Program-made: the position numbers and the translations under genes
Notes under the pieces: model-generated
Seen by the model: only the letters and a program-made list of their open reading frames with translations
Database searches by the model: none
What the model was told of the DNA's origin: nothing
Assembly (NCBI GenBank): GCA_004195635.1
Contig: PSPT01000004.1
Span: 15,021-79,020 of the forward strand
Direction of reading: 5' to 3'
Source of the DNA: Methanobacteriota archaeon
Lineage (GTDB): Archaea; Thermoplasmatota; Poseidoniia; Poseidoniales; Poseidoniaceae
DNA length: 64,000 bases
Part shown: positions 1 through 9,580 of the stretch, piece after piece
Layout: each line of letters opens with the position of its first letter
How positions within the stretch are numbered: the first letter of the stretch is position 1

Positions 1-2
1 CA

Positions 3-281
3 TATATTGTTGAAGTTGTACAGCGAACTCGTGAAGACCACCGAGTAATCACTGGAGCAAGCCCTCGAGCAAGCCAATCCCTATTCAAGACTGGACGAGC
101 TGCCGCTGCAATTGATGGCCGAGACTATGTTATTCCTGATGATATCAAGGGAGTTGCACTGCAAGTTATCAGCCATCGTATTTTGATGAAGCCTGAGGCA
201 AAGATTCGCGGAATTACTGGAAGCCATATTGTGCGAAAGATTCTGTCCGAAGTGCCAGTTCCCGTAATCCAACCCGCTTGA
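3..281 (+). CDS. MoxR-family AAA+ ATPase, C-terminal fragment (5' truncated by window)
   Basis: Manual translation gives YIVEVVQRTRE..GASPRASQSL..AAAIDGRDYVIPDDIK..VISHRI..EVPVP, the MoxR lid-domain pattern; stop TGA at 279-281. Confidence 0.88.
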   Translation, partial: YIVEVVQRTREDHRVITGASPRASQSLFKTGRAAAAIDGRDYVIPDDIKGVALQVISHRILMKPEAKIRGITGSHIVRKILSEVPVPVIQPA

Positions 282-348
282 AATTGAAGTATCAAAGCAT
301 ACTCTTCATAGAGGGCGGCCAACACGTCATTATCCCCGGAGCGATTAA

Positions 349-1326
349 ATGGACCCATACCGAATGGTGATTGCAGTAGCAAACCAAAAGGGTGGTTGTG
401 CAAAAACTACTACTGCGGTAAATCTTGCTACTTCTTTGGCTGAGGGTAATCCAAAGCAAAGAATCCCTCCTAGCAAAGTGCTATTGGTTGATTTGGACCC
501 ACAGGGCAATGTTGCTACTTCTTTTGGAATTGAAAAAAGAGAACTAAAGCGCACTGTAAATGACCTCCTAATGAATGATGCTGGAGAGGACATGCCAATT
601 ACTGAGGAGTTCTTGTTATCCCCCTCTCAAATAACTCGTTCCATGCGTCGTGCTTGGCAAACCGAATATCCTGAACGGAAGCGAATACCCGAGCATATCA
701 AAGTTGACAACTTGTGGCTACTGCCTTCTGACATCCACCTATCGGGTGCAGAAATTGAATTGTCAACCCGAATCGGTCGAGAAACACGCCTAAAAGAAGC
801 GCTTGCACAAATAGAGGAGGATTTTGATTACATCATTATTGACACGCCACCAAGCCTTGGATTACTATCAATAAACGCTCTCGCAGCCGCCCGTTGGGTA
901 CTCATTCCAGTACAAGCAGAGTTTTATGCACTTGAGGGTATGAGTCTGTTAATGAATTCAATAAAGTTAGTGCAAAGACGTATTAATCCTCACCTCAAGT
1001 TACTTGGAATCGTGATGACGATGATAATGCCAAAATCCAAACTCTCAACTTCTGTATGCAATGAAGTGCATAAGCACTTCCAAAAACAAGTATTTAGAAC
1101 AACTATTCAGCGCTTGGTGAAAATTGCCGAAGCACCCAGCGAGGGCTCACCGACTGTAATATTACATCCCCCCTCAAACAAAGGTGACGGAAAGGGAAGC
1201 CACCAATATTGGACTTTAGCAAAAGAAGTCCACCAACGTGTGCAAATAATTAGGAAGAAGCATGGAATTACAGAAGTTTCTCGACTTCGCCGTGATCGAA
1301 TTGCTGCACCTGAAGTAGCCGAATAA
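349..1326 (+). CDS. parA: ParA/Soj-family ATPase (ParA-1)
   Basis: Deviant Walker A NQKGGCAKTTT; also DLDPQGN, IIDTPPSLG, PVQAEFYALEG and AEAPS. Confidence 0.93.
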   Translation: MDPYRMVIAVANQKGGCAKTTTAVNLATSLAEGNPKQRIPPSKVLLVDLDPQGNVATSFGIEKRELKRTVNDLLMNDAGEDMPITEEFLLSPSQITRSMRRAWQTEYPERKRIPEHIKVDNLWLLPSDIHLSGAEIELSTRIGRETRLKEALAQIEEDFDYIIIDTPPSLGLLSINALAAARWVLIPVQAEFYALEGMSLLMNSIKLVQRRINPHLKLLGIVMTMIMPKSKLSTSVCNEVHKHFQKQVFRTTIQRLVKIAEAPSEGSPTVILHPPSNKGDGKGSHQYWTLAKEVHQRVQIIRKKHGITEVSRLRRDRIAAPEVAE

Positions 1327-1473
1327 CCAACTTGCGCTTATTAATTGCATTTTTTACAGGCGCTCTTTTTTGCATTTGGATTTTGGAAAGGACTTGCGAA
1401 AAGTAGTAAAATCACATCCGCTTGAGCCATATCGTCAAATAGGGAGAGGAGGTCCATGGGCTGAGGATTGAAG

Positions 1474-1716
1474 ATGACTGGCGAGGGAATGACATCAGTT
1501 AGCGTGAGTTATGAGACGCGAAGACACATAAATACACTGCGCTCACTTGAAGGAATAAAGAGTGTTGATGCTTGTATCATGAGTCTGGTAAAAGAGCATA
1601 AAATGGCGAAAATGCGGGGAGTTACAGACGACTTGAGAGCCAAGATTGAAGAATTGCAAGGCATTGATGCAGACTTACTTATTCAACGACTTGGCCTTTG
1701 CCCCTTCCCTATTTGA
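1474..1716 (+). CDS. Small putative ribbon-helix-helix / VapB-like DNA-binding protein
   Basis: MTSVSVSYETRRHINTLRSLEGIKSVDACIMSLV has an alternating beta strand plus two helices; start uncertain (1468, 1474 or 1489). Confidence 0.55.
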   Translation: MTGEGMTSVSVSYETRRHINTLRSLEGIKSVDACIMSLVKEHKMAKMRGVTDDLRAKIEELQGIDADLLIQRLGLCPFPI

Positions 1717-1726
1717 GGTGAGTATA

Positions 1727-1972
1727 TTGGTTAGTAAGAGCAGAGCAGTCGCATACAAAATCAATACTGAACAATTGATTAGAGCCTTATTTGATGCAAA
1801 TAGTGATGAGGCTACATTACTCAGCCTTGCTGCATGTGGAAAAATAGATCTTTTTGCCGAAGGGAAATCATGGAATGCATTTTTGTGGCTAATGCTCAAT
1901 ACTTTTCAAGGAGTTTGGACTCCATTACAATTGGGTGAAATGAAAGGCGCACTGCCTATTAAATTCCGTTGA
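1727..1972 (+). CDS. Small hypothetical protein, degenerate PIN-like
   Basis: GAGGTGA SD (1715-1721) overlaps the upstream stop, TTG start at 1727; INTEQLIRALF..LLSLAACGKIDLF resembles a PIN_3 N-terminus. Confidence 0.5.
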   Translation: MVSKSRAVAYKINTEQLIRALFDANSDEATLLSLAACGKIDLFAEGKSWNAFLWLMLNTFQGVWTPLQLGEMKGALPIKFR

Positions 1973-2144
1973 GAAACGGATTATCCAAATAAATAGGATG
2001 TTGTGAAAAAATTTCCTTTGCATCAAATTGTTATGATGCACTTACCATATTATAAAAATATACCAATGTTATACCCCACATTCAGTTTCACCTTGCAAGA
2101 TGCAAAGAAGATATGTGTCGGCCGAGGGGGAGTGGATAGTTAGT

Positions 2145-4661
2145 CTATGAGTTGTCTTTCAACCATTGATGGCCATACCAGCGCCACTGCTCTTCTGTCC
2201 AACCAGCAGGCAAGCCACCGGAAGGCAGAGGTGGGGCTTCTGGAGGCGCTGAAGCAACATGTTCTGTTGTAGTACTTGATTGGGCACCGGCATCAGCCAT
2301 TTCCTGTACCTCTGGAATTTCGGTGGCCGCTGCGGCACTAGTATCAACAATTGTACTTGTGCCGGCCATGTCTTCAAGTGAAGAATCATCATCGGATTCT
2401 GCAGTTGGGGCTGAATCAATATCCGGTACTTCCTTTGAATCAATTTCTTCTATATCATCGCCGGTTTCATGGCTAATTTCAATCTTCTCAATATCATCAT
2501 CCCAAAGTTCCTGGTCGATGACTTCGCCTGTTGCTTCAAATACACCGCCGCTTTCGGAAACACTCAATTCATCCATTGCGTGGTCTGGATTGAATCCCTT
2601 AACCCCGCCAATTTCAGCAAGCGCCCTGCGCTTACGACGAATTTGCTGAATCCCTCCAAACATCAATAAAATTGCAGTTAAGGCTACAAATGATAGCCCG
2701 CCATATAGCAAAGCATCTTGAATTGCTGAATCAATGGAGTCATCATCACCATCATCAACAGGAGTCTGTGCCCTTAGCCAATCTGCATATGAAGTGGGGC
2801 TTTCCTCTGTTGAAATATATTCTTGATAAGTGCTATCTCGCCAAGAACGGCAAGTTAATGAGTCATCAGTAGTTTCAAGAATACAATGTTGTTCTTCAAT
2901 TTGAATCGCTGCATTGGAATCATCATAATCAGTACGGCTGCCAACACCATCAGAATCTGCATCAAGGAATTCCATTGAGTCATCTGGTAAATCATCTCCA
3001 TAATCAGCATACCCATCACTATCACTATCAATACAGCCAAAAGCAGCAGTTGTCTCAAATGAGGCATCCAAACTGTGAATTATTATTTTTGTACTTGTCC
3101 CGCTTGTTGAAGGGCAGGAGTCTCCCCTTACACCCTCTGAATTATCGCCGTAACCATCTCCATCTCGGTCTGACCATTGAGTTGAATCAGTTGGGAAACG
3201 GTCAGCGCAATTTATTTGTTGAGATAGGCACTCATCAGCAGAGTAGGTCCAATTCTCATCTCCATCAGACCAACCATCGGCATCTCCATCTTGACAACCT
3301 CTTCGATCATGTTGGGAAAAGCCATTTTGGTTTGGACAGGCGTCAAAATTTGTTCCACTTGGGTTATCTCCATAGCCATCCCCATCGGAATCAAGCCATT
3401 GTGTGGGGTCATCTGGGTAAACATCAGAATGTTCGCCTAAATCATCCCCCCAACCATCGCCATCTCTATCGGCATGTTGGTCTCCATTATTTGGGAACAA
3501 ATCTGCATCGGTACCGGCTTGATTATCTCCAAAACCATCTCCGTCTGAATCAAGCCATTGAGTGGGGTCTGAAGGGAAGGCATCACTATTATTTCCATCA
3601 CTATTATCTCCCCAACCATCACCATCCGAATCAATCCACTGAGTTGAGTCATTGGGGAAAATATCAATACTATCTGTAATTCCATCTCCATCGGTATCAA
3701 GATCAAATAATCGAACCAAGGTATTAGTTGACAAGGCCGAAATAACATACAACTCTCCTCGTGAGCCGCGTTGGGTTGAAATTGTTGTGCCCATTGTTTG
3801 TAAGTTTTCTATTTCACTCAAAGAGGATGATTCAAGAACCCAAAGAGATTGCATTTGGACTGACCCAATATACAATTCAGTATCATTTTCTGAAATTTCT
3901 AAATAGTCCAGTTTTGAAGATGTTGATGCTAATTGAATGGACATCAAACTCCAGTCTGATATTTGCCACTTGGCAACCTCTCCTCCACTTGTTATTGCAT
4001 ATAGAAAAGTCTCAGTAGAATCGATTTCAATAGAAGTTATTCCATTACTCATAGTGAGAACTTGTGCTGGCTGGCTATCGGAAAAATCATGAATGAATAC
4101 ATTGTTATCATTTCCTGAAGTTATTACTCTGCCATCCGATAATACTTCCACATCAGTAATTCCGCCGAGGTGGAAATCGGTTTGGTCGCCACCGGCCAGT
4201 GCGGTATTCCCGCGGTATTCTGTTGCTGCGCGTGAATCAACTGCTCCTCCAACCCACATATCCGCATCAACATCGAAATCAAGAGATGAAACTGAATTAT
4301 TTGATGTACTTAGGTTGTTATTCACTTCTTGCAGAACCATATTTACCATTAAGGCCCCACTTGAATGCCCAATTGCAAGCCAATTATTTTGTGAATCTAA
4401 AACACCTACTTTAACTGTGACTCCCAAAGAAATATTCCACACAGGGGTATGTACTCCATCATTTACTGTAAAATATGTGAGTTCTCCGATGCTATTTACA
4501 AATACTACATCACCAGATATTGTTTTTTCGTAAACTATCCCTCTACCTGATAAATTTTCCGCAGTTCCAGCATCTAATAGCCCATCGGCAGAAACCGATG
4601 ATGCTAATGTTGCCAAAGGCAATAAAATCATGACTGCGAGGAAAATCCTAACTCGGTGCAT
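2145..4661 (-). CDS. Membrane-anchored WD40 beta-propeller plus thrombospondin type-3 Ca-binding repeat protein
   Basis: Signal peptide, WD-like repeats (TSGNDNNVFIHD), many DxDGDGxGD..DxFPxDxTQW repeats, TM helix, acidic tail ending PPLPSGGLPAGWTEEQWRWYGHQWL. Confidence 0.85.
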   Translation of the reverse strand: MHRVRIFLAVMILLPLATLASSVSADGLLDAGTAENLSGRGIVYEKTISGDVVFVNSIGELTYFTVNDGVHTPVWNISLGVTVKVGVLDSQNNWLAIGHSSGALMVNMVLQEVNNNLSTSNNSVSSLDFDVDADMWVGGAVDSRAATEYRGNTALAGGDQTDFHLGGITDVEVLSDGRVITSGNDNNVFIHDFSDSQPAQVLTMSNGITSIEIDSTETFLYAITSGGEVAKWQISDWSLMSIQLASTSSKLDYLEISENDTELYIGSVQMQSLWVLESSSLSEIENLQTMGTTISTQRGSRGELYVISALSTNTLVRLFDLDTDGDGITDSIDIFPNDSTQWIDSDGDGWGDNSDGNNSDAFPSDPTQWLDSDGDGFGDNQAGTDADLFPNNGDQHADRDGDGWGDDLGEHSDVYPDDPTQWLDSDGDGYGDNPSGTNFDACPNQNGFSQHDRRGCQDGDADGWSDGDENWTYSADECLSQQINCADRFPTDSTQWSDRDGDGYGDNSEGVRGDSCPSTSGTSTKIIIHSLDASFETTAAFGCIDSDSDGYADYGDDLPDDSMEFLDADSDGVGSRTDYDDSNAAIQIEEQHCILETTDDSLTCRSWRDSTYQEYISTEESPTSYADWLRAQTPVDDGDDDSIDSAIQDALLYGGLSFVALTAILLMFGGIQQIRRKRRALAEIGGVKGFNPDHAMDELSVSESGGVFEATGEVIDQELWDDDIEKIEISHETGDDIEEIDSKEVPDIDSAPTAESDDDSSLEDMAGTSTIVDTSAAAATEIPEVQEMADAGAQSSTTTEHVASAPPEAPPLPSGGLPAGWTEEQWRWYGHQWLKDNS

Positions 4662-4740
4662 GATAATCCATTAGGCTAACACACTTGAAAGGAACGGCTA
4701 CGCGTTAATCGGTGATGAGAATGAATTGAATCAATTTTCG

Positions 4741-7479
4741 TTACTCTTCTTCACTTGAAGCGATGATTAACGGTTTAAGAGTTGTCACTGGTTTTAATAT
4801 TGTAGTAGTAGGTTTCTTTGTAACCGGCTTTAATTCAGTCTTTGCCGGTGGTTTACCGGCACCCGAACTTGGAGGAGGTCCTCTGCGACCAGATTGTGGT
4901 TTACCGGCACCCGAACTTGGAGGAGAACCTCTTTCACTAGAGGTTGGCCGACCAGTGCTTGAAGAAGGAGGTGTTCCTCTTTTCTTCGGTTGAAGAATAC
5001 TTACTGGGGTTAGGGTAGATGAGGAAGATGGTAGCTTTGATGACACCTTGCTTGGACCAAGTATTTTTGTTGTAACTGGCCTCAATACTGAGGTTGAAGC
5101 GCTTGGAGATGAAATATTCTTCATCATTGAATCAGCAACTAAATCACTCATGTCAGGTTCAAGTTCCGCTACAACTTCATCAATAGATTTCAAATGCTGA
5201 GAAATCAAATCTTCTTCTACTCCAGATTCCAATACAGATTCTAGTTTTTGAGTTCCTTCCATTTCGGCGGCTAAGTTGGAAATATTGAAAGGCGTTGAAG
5301 GTTGGACCTTCACTTCATTTTCTGGTCGTAATGGTGACGGTGGTTGTTGTGAAGTCAAATCTTGCTCTATTGGTTGAATAGGGGTTATGGGTTGACGTAC
5401 CTTTGGTGAAACCGGTTGTGGCAAGTTCCCAGCGGGGTTAGGCCCAGCTATTGGTTGATGAACTGGGCGTAACATGCTTTGATTTGGACCTAATGCGCCT
5501 CCGCCCCCAAGATTACTTGGAGGGGTGCCGAGAGGTTGCCTAACTTGCCTTGTAGGCGCACCGGGCATTGAACCTGCTAGCGAGGATAATTGCTGCCGAT
5601 CTCTCCTTCCACCTGCTGCACCAAAGGCTGAAGGACGGGCTCCAAGAGCACTAGGGTCACTTGTGCCTCCCATTAGTCCAGGGCCGGCAGGATTATTCCC
5701 GGCGATGGCCTCAAGCCATCCTGAACGCTTTTCCATTCTCGAGCCATCATCCTTCAAATCCCTATATTCTGCTTCCTTTTCATTGAGGAGATTTTCTGAT
5801 TCATCAATTTCACCTTGTATTTGATTTTCAACGGCCTCCTTCATTTTAGATTCAGCTATTTCACGGAAATTGTCCATTTGCTCAGTTAAGTTTGCCAAGC
5901 GGTCACGGATTTCAGCGCGCTTGATTCCTAATTGCGCCTCTATTTCTGCCCTAATCTGTGATTCCTTACGGCGGATTTCTACAAGTGCCTTGTTGCGCAT
6001 GATTTCTTCTCTCTTAGAGAGTTGACGTTCAAGTTGTTCTGCAACCTCAACTTCCTTTGAATCTCTAAAGGATTTGAGGCGCTCTTCCATATTGACTTCA
6101 AGTTCAAGTGTAGTTTCGTCGCGAATTAGGTCAAGGTCGGTTTCAAATGTTAGCCTCTCATTGCGCAAAGTAGCATCGATTTCGGACATTATTGCCTTTC
6201 GTGCAGCTTGTTCTCTACTAAGGAATTCAGTTTCAAGACGTTCTGTCCAGTCAACTTTCTCATCTTCGAAGGTGGATGTTAAATTGGCACGAAGTTCATT
6301 TTCTTGGTCATAGCGGAAGCGGGAAAGACGATTCTGAATTTCAGCCTCACGAGACATTCTGTATGCTGAAAATTCTTCCTTCATTCGCCTTGAATGTTCT
6401 TCCTCTAACTCATCGTTGAGTTTGCGAGTAATATCATCAACTGCTTGAGAGAATGAAAGGTCAAATTTCTCACGAAGTCGAGATTTCCTTCCTTCAAGGC
6501 GGTCTGCATAGTCTTCGGACAAATTGCTGTTAATGTGAATTCTCAATTCATCACGACGGCGAGCAACTGCCATTTCGACATCTTCGCGCATTCGTTGTTC
6601 CAAGTCTTTTGTTTCATCGCGTAGTCGTCCTTCCAGCTCACCCTGAATTTCGCGAGCAATTTCCTCTTCAAGGCGATGGCTTCGGCGGTCATACTCGGCA
6701 CGAAGGCGGGATTCCCTTTGGCGCATTTTTCCTTGCAATTGTGATTCAAGTCGCTTACGAATTCCTCGGCGCAACTGATCTTCACGTTCTGCAAGGCGCG
6801 AAACATGTTCATCTTCTAAAGAAGTGATTTCGGATTTTTCAAAATCCTTGAAACGGTTGTCTAATTCATGTTCAATATCCCCTTCAGCCTGACGGATTTT
6901 GCTCTGTAATTCTTCATTGAATTCTATTTCTAAGCGTTGGCGCTGAAAATCAATTCGCTTTCGGTATTCGTCATTGACATCTTGTTCAAGTCGGGCGCGA
7001 ATACGGTCTCGATGCTCTTCAAGGCGACGCTCTTGTTCGACATCTAATTGTTCGCGAAGAACTTCCTGCTCTCTCTCTAGGCGCAGATTTAATTGTTGAC
7101 GAAGATTATTCTCTTCTTTTTGTAGTGTTTCAGTTTCCAATTGCGATAATTCGGATTCCATCTCTTGGCGCATCTCGCGTTCCAATTGTTCAATGGTCAT
7201 ATTATGTTGATTCTCAAGTTCTGTTGTTATAGCCTGTTGCATTGAGGCAATTCTCTCTGATTGTGCCTTCAATTTAAGACGCCTATCTCTGCGCAACCGT
7301 GAGCGAAGCCGCTCTTCCTCACGGAATCGTGCAGAGCGATTAGTTGCTCCGTCAAGAGTTGAAGATGAAGAACTGGTTAAATTAGAGCGCAAAGATGCCA
7401 AACTTAGATTGTCACCCTCGGTAATCCTCTTTCGGATTTCCTCAAGAGAGGTCATTTTATTGCTATCGCTAACACCCAT
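4741..7479 (-). CDS. Very long E/R-rich coiled-coil protein with Pro/Ser/Lys-rich disordered tail
   Basis: About 550 aa of proline-free E/R/L/Q-rich helix, then a low-complexity tail; start uncertain (7506, 7479 or 7455). Confidence 0.8.
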   Translation of the reverse strand: MGVSDSNKMTSLEEIRKRITEGDNLSLASLRSNLTSSSSSTLDGATNRSARFREEERLRSRLRRDRRLKLKAQSERIASMQQAITTELENQHNMTIEQLEREMRQEMESELSQLETETLQKEENNLRQQLNLRLEREQEVLREQLDVEQERRLEEHRDRIRARLEQDVNDEYRKRIDFQRQRLEIEFNEELQSKIRQAEGDIEHELDNRFKDFEKSEITSLEDEHVSRLAEREDQLRRGIRKRLESQLQGKMRQRESRLRAEYDRRSHRLEEEIAREIQGELEGRLRDETKDLEQRMREDVEMAVARRRDELRIHINSNLSEDYADRLEGRKSRLREKFDLSFSQAVDDITRKLNDELEEEHSRRMKEEFSAYRMSREAEIQNRLSRFRYDQENELRANLTSTFEDEKVDWTERLETEFLSREQAARKAIMSEIDATLRNERLTFETDLDLIRDETTLELEVNMEERLKSFRDSKEVEVAEQLERQLSKREEIMRNKALVEIRRKESQIRAEIEAQLGIKRAEIRDRLANLTEQMDNFREIAESKMKEAVENQIQGEIDESENLLNEKEAEYRDLKDDGSRMEKRSGWLEAIAGNNPAGPGLMGGTSDPSALGARPSAFGAAGGRRDRQQLSSLAGSMPGAPTRQVRQPLGTPPSNLGGGGALGPNQSMLRPVHQPIAGPNPAGNLPQPVSPKVRQPITPIQPIEQDLTSQQPPSPLRPENEVKVQPSTPFNISNLAAEMEGTQKLESVLESGVEEDLISQHLKSIDEVVAELEPDMSDLVADSMMKNISSPSASTSVLRPVTTKILGPSKVSSKLPSSSSTLTPVSILQPKKRGTPPSSSTGRPTSSERGSPPSSGAGKPQSGRRGPPPSSGAGKPPAKTELKPVTKKPTTTILKPVTTLKPLIIASSEEE
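4848..4984. repeat. Intragenic 48-bp tandem repeat (about 3 copies, 16-aa RGxPPSSxxGKP)
   Basis: ggtttaccggcacccgaacttggaggag occurs twice 48 bp apart, plus a degenerate third copy. Confidence 0.8.
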
Positions 7480-7581
7480 AGGCACCCATCCCGAATAGTA
7501 TCGCACTTTACCACTACATAAGTTAGAGGGGTTGCCAAAGAAGATAAATGGCTGCTTTGATACCTTCGCATAATCTCCATA

Positions 7582-8463
7582 TTATTCAGAAGAATCATTT
7601 TGCAAGGGTGGACAAATGCTCGGCCCAAAAGCAATATATCCAACACAAAGAAGGAATGAGATGCCAAAGAATACCATGGTGCCCACTCCCGCTGCCTCTT
7701 CAATCACTCCAATATTTCCCATTGAATAGCGTAATTGAAGAATTGTTCCAGCCAATAAACTTCCTAAAGAAACTATTGACAGCCACATTGGGATTCCACT
7801 CTTTAATTTTGAAAGGCGCCGGTCGGATATCATCATTGAACCTGAAAAAAACATTGCTGGGATGATTAGGAAATCACCCCACGGCTTATTCTCGCCAACT
7901 CCCCAACACACATCGCATTCCCAAGTGGTTAATTCAGGACCAATACCTGAAGAAGGTTGAAGCCAAATAAAACTTGAAAGTGAGAGAAGGAAAATTGCAT
8001 TTCCTGGTGAAGAAAGGCCGGTAAACCATGAATAAGAAGACCCCGATTCATGCTCAAATCTAGCCAAGCGTAGCATCCCGGTAGCAATCACCCAGCCACA
8101 GGCAATTGCAAGTCCTAGCGTCCACAAAGGAGTTGCTTCTCCCATTCGCCCAAAAAGTACAAAAATTAGCAAACTTGGTGCTACTGCAAAAGATAAACAA
8201 TCAGACATTATATCAAGGCTACCACCGAGAAGTTGCTGCTTTGAGTATTTTCTTGCCACAGGGCCATCAATAACATCGCCAATCATTGACATGATAATAC
8301 ACAATTGCGCTGCCCATAAATACTCGCTACGAATACCGGCTTGGTATGGATTTCGAAGATCATCAACTGCGAGAATAATGAACATAATTGATAAGGTACC
8401 AAAAAGAGCATTTGTGAGCGTAATATAATCGGCTAAGCCCATCATTCTGAATGTGGTACGCAC
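7582..8463 (-). CDS. pssA: CDP-alcohol phosphatidyltransferase (archaetidylserine synthase-like)
   Basis: DVIDGPVARK..GGSLDIMSDCLSFAVAPS signature and LRLARF. Confidence 0.88.
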   Translation of the reverse strand: MRTTFRMMGLADYITLTNALFGTLSIMFIILAVDDLRNPYQAGIRSEYLWAAQLCIIMSMIGDVIDGPVARKYSKQQLLGGSLDIMSDCLSFAVAPSLLIFVLFGRMGEATPLWTLGLAIACGWVIATGMLRLARFEHESGSSYSWFTGLSSPGNAIFLLSLSSFIWLQPSSGIGPELTTWECDVCWGVGENKPWGDFLIIPAMFFSGSMMISDRRLSKLKSGIPMWLSIVSLGSLLAGTILQLRYSMGNIGVIEEAAGVGTMVFFGISFLLCVGYIAFGPSICPPLQNDSSE

Positions 8464-8601
8464 TAAAACCCCTCCCTCGTAATTGTTGCCAATAATTCAA
8501 CCGTTTTGAATACTACCCACCATAGATGATATTAGATAAGTTTCACAACTTGAAATTAATTATTCACGGGATGTCGGTGAAATAATATGCGTCTTTGATT
8601 T

Positions 8602-9021
8602 TCAAAAAGACACTTTAAATGATATTGAACATGCAGGACAACTAATTTGTCGACTACCAGGGCGCTTGGATAATCTCATTTTACGGTCGCATGAAGGACA
8701 TTGTACTTCTGCCTTGGGAATGTGGGGGGTGACTAGAAATTGGCTCTCGCAACTTGAACACTGGAGGTTTGCTGGACGCTTGTCAACTCCAACTAATAGT
8801 AAACTACTACAAGTTTTACAACGTATTTTTTCAGCGATCCAAGCTCTCCTTGTTGGGGGGTGGTCAACCTTCACATGGGCATCGCAAAGCACACATTCAA
8901 TCTCACCTAACTGCGCAGGAAGTAATCCTCCACACTTCGGGCACGAGAGATCTGGTGTTTCTATTTTTGATTCAACATCAAGAGATTCGTCATCCATTTC
9001 AAATCCTCCAATATCAATCAT
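8602..9021 (-). CDS. Multi zinc-ribbon protein (six CxxC pairs)
   Basis: CPKC, CVLC, CKTC, CSSC, CPSC, CPAC; start overlaps the upstream stop at 9021. Confidence 0.8.
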   Translation of the reverse strand: MIDIGGFEMDDESLDVESKIETPDLSCPKCGGLLPAQLGEIECVLCDAHVKVDHPPTRRAWIAEKIRCKTCSSLLLVGVDKRPANLQCSSCESQFLVTPHIPKAEVQCPSCDRKMRLSKRPGSRQISCPACSISFKVSF

Positions 9022-9524
9022 TAACGAGATTTTGTAAGTAATAATAGCCCACCTGGTACAAAGGTGAAAGGAAGGGAGAGATTAACACCATGGTGGTGTG
9101 CAATATTTTCAATTGCCTTGCGGGTATTTACGATGTCACTTGCATCATTACTGTTCAATGGTACAAACTCGAACTTGGCTCCTGATTCGAGCAAGGCGAC
9201 CATTTCGACAGGAATATTTTCTGCCCAAGAAGGTGCAGTCAGAGTACCGCTAGGGGATTGTGATTTTTGGGGCGAAGGTATTTCACCATCTATTTTAGAT
9301 AATATTCGCCACCATCGAGCACGCCCTTCATCACGATGGTTTTCAATTAGACCTGCTTTTACCATTTGGCCTAAATGATGGTACAAATGATAGCGTGTAA
9401 CATTCAATTTCTTTTCGAGGGATACAGTTGCTAATTCATCTTCTTTTGATAATTCAGCATACAAATCGTGGCGAGTTGGGTGAGCCAAAGCAATAAGCCT
9501 AGGGTCTCCTCGAATCTTACTCAT
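9021..9524 (-). CDS. ArsR-like winged-helix transcriptional regulator
   Basis: ALAHPTRHDLY..HLYHHLGQMVKAGLIENHRDEGRARWW. Confidence 0.82.
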   Translation of the reverse strand: MSKIRGDPRLIALAHPTRHDLYAELSKEDELATVSLEKKLNVTRYHLYHHLGQMVKAGLIENHRDEGRARWWRILSKIDGEIPSPQKSQSPSGTLTAPSWAENIPVEMVALLESGAKFEFVPLNSNDASDIVNTRKAIENIAHHHGVNLSLPFTFVPGGLLLLTKSR

Positions 9525-9580
9525 TTTGCCGCCCCATACGCTTCGCTATTTGGCCGGAATATATCAATGGCTCGTCAATT

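Noticed and set aside
2018-2040. Inverted repeat TGCATCA-N8-TGATGCA
   Set aside because: Only 7-bp arms between convergent genes; cannot be distinguished from chance or a simple terminator
2900-3700. Regularly spaced DNA repeats as a possible CRISPR array
   Set aside because: Degenerate in-frame TSP3 protein repeats; no identical repeats with unique spacers and no cas genes
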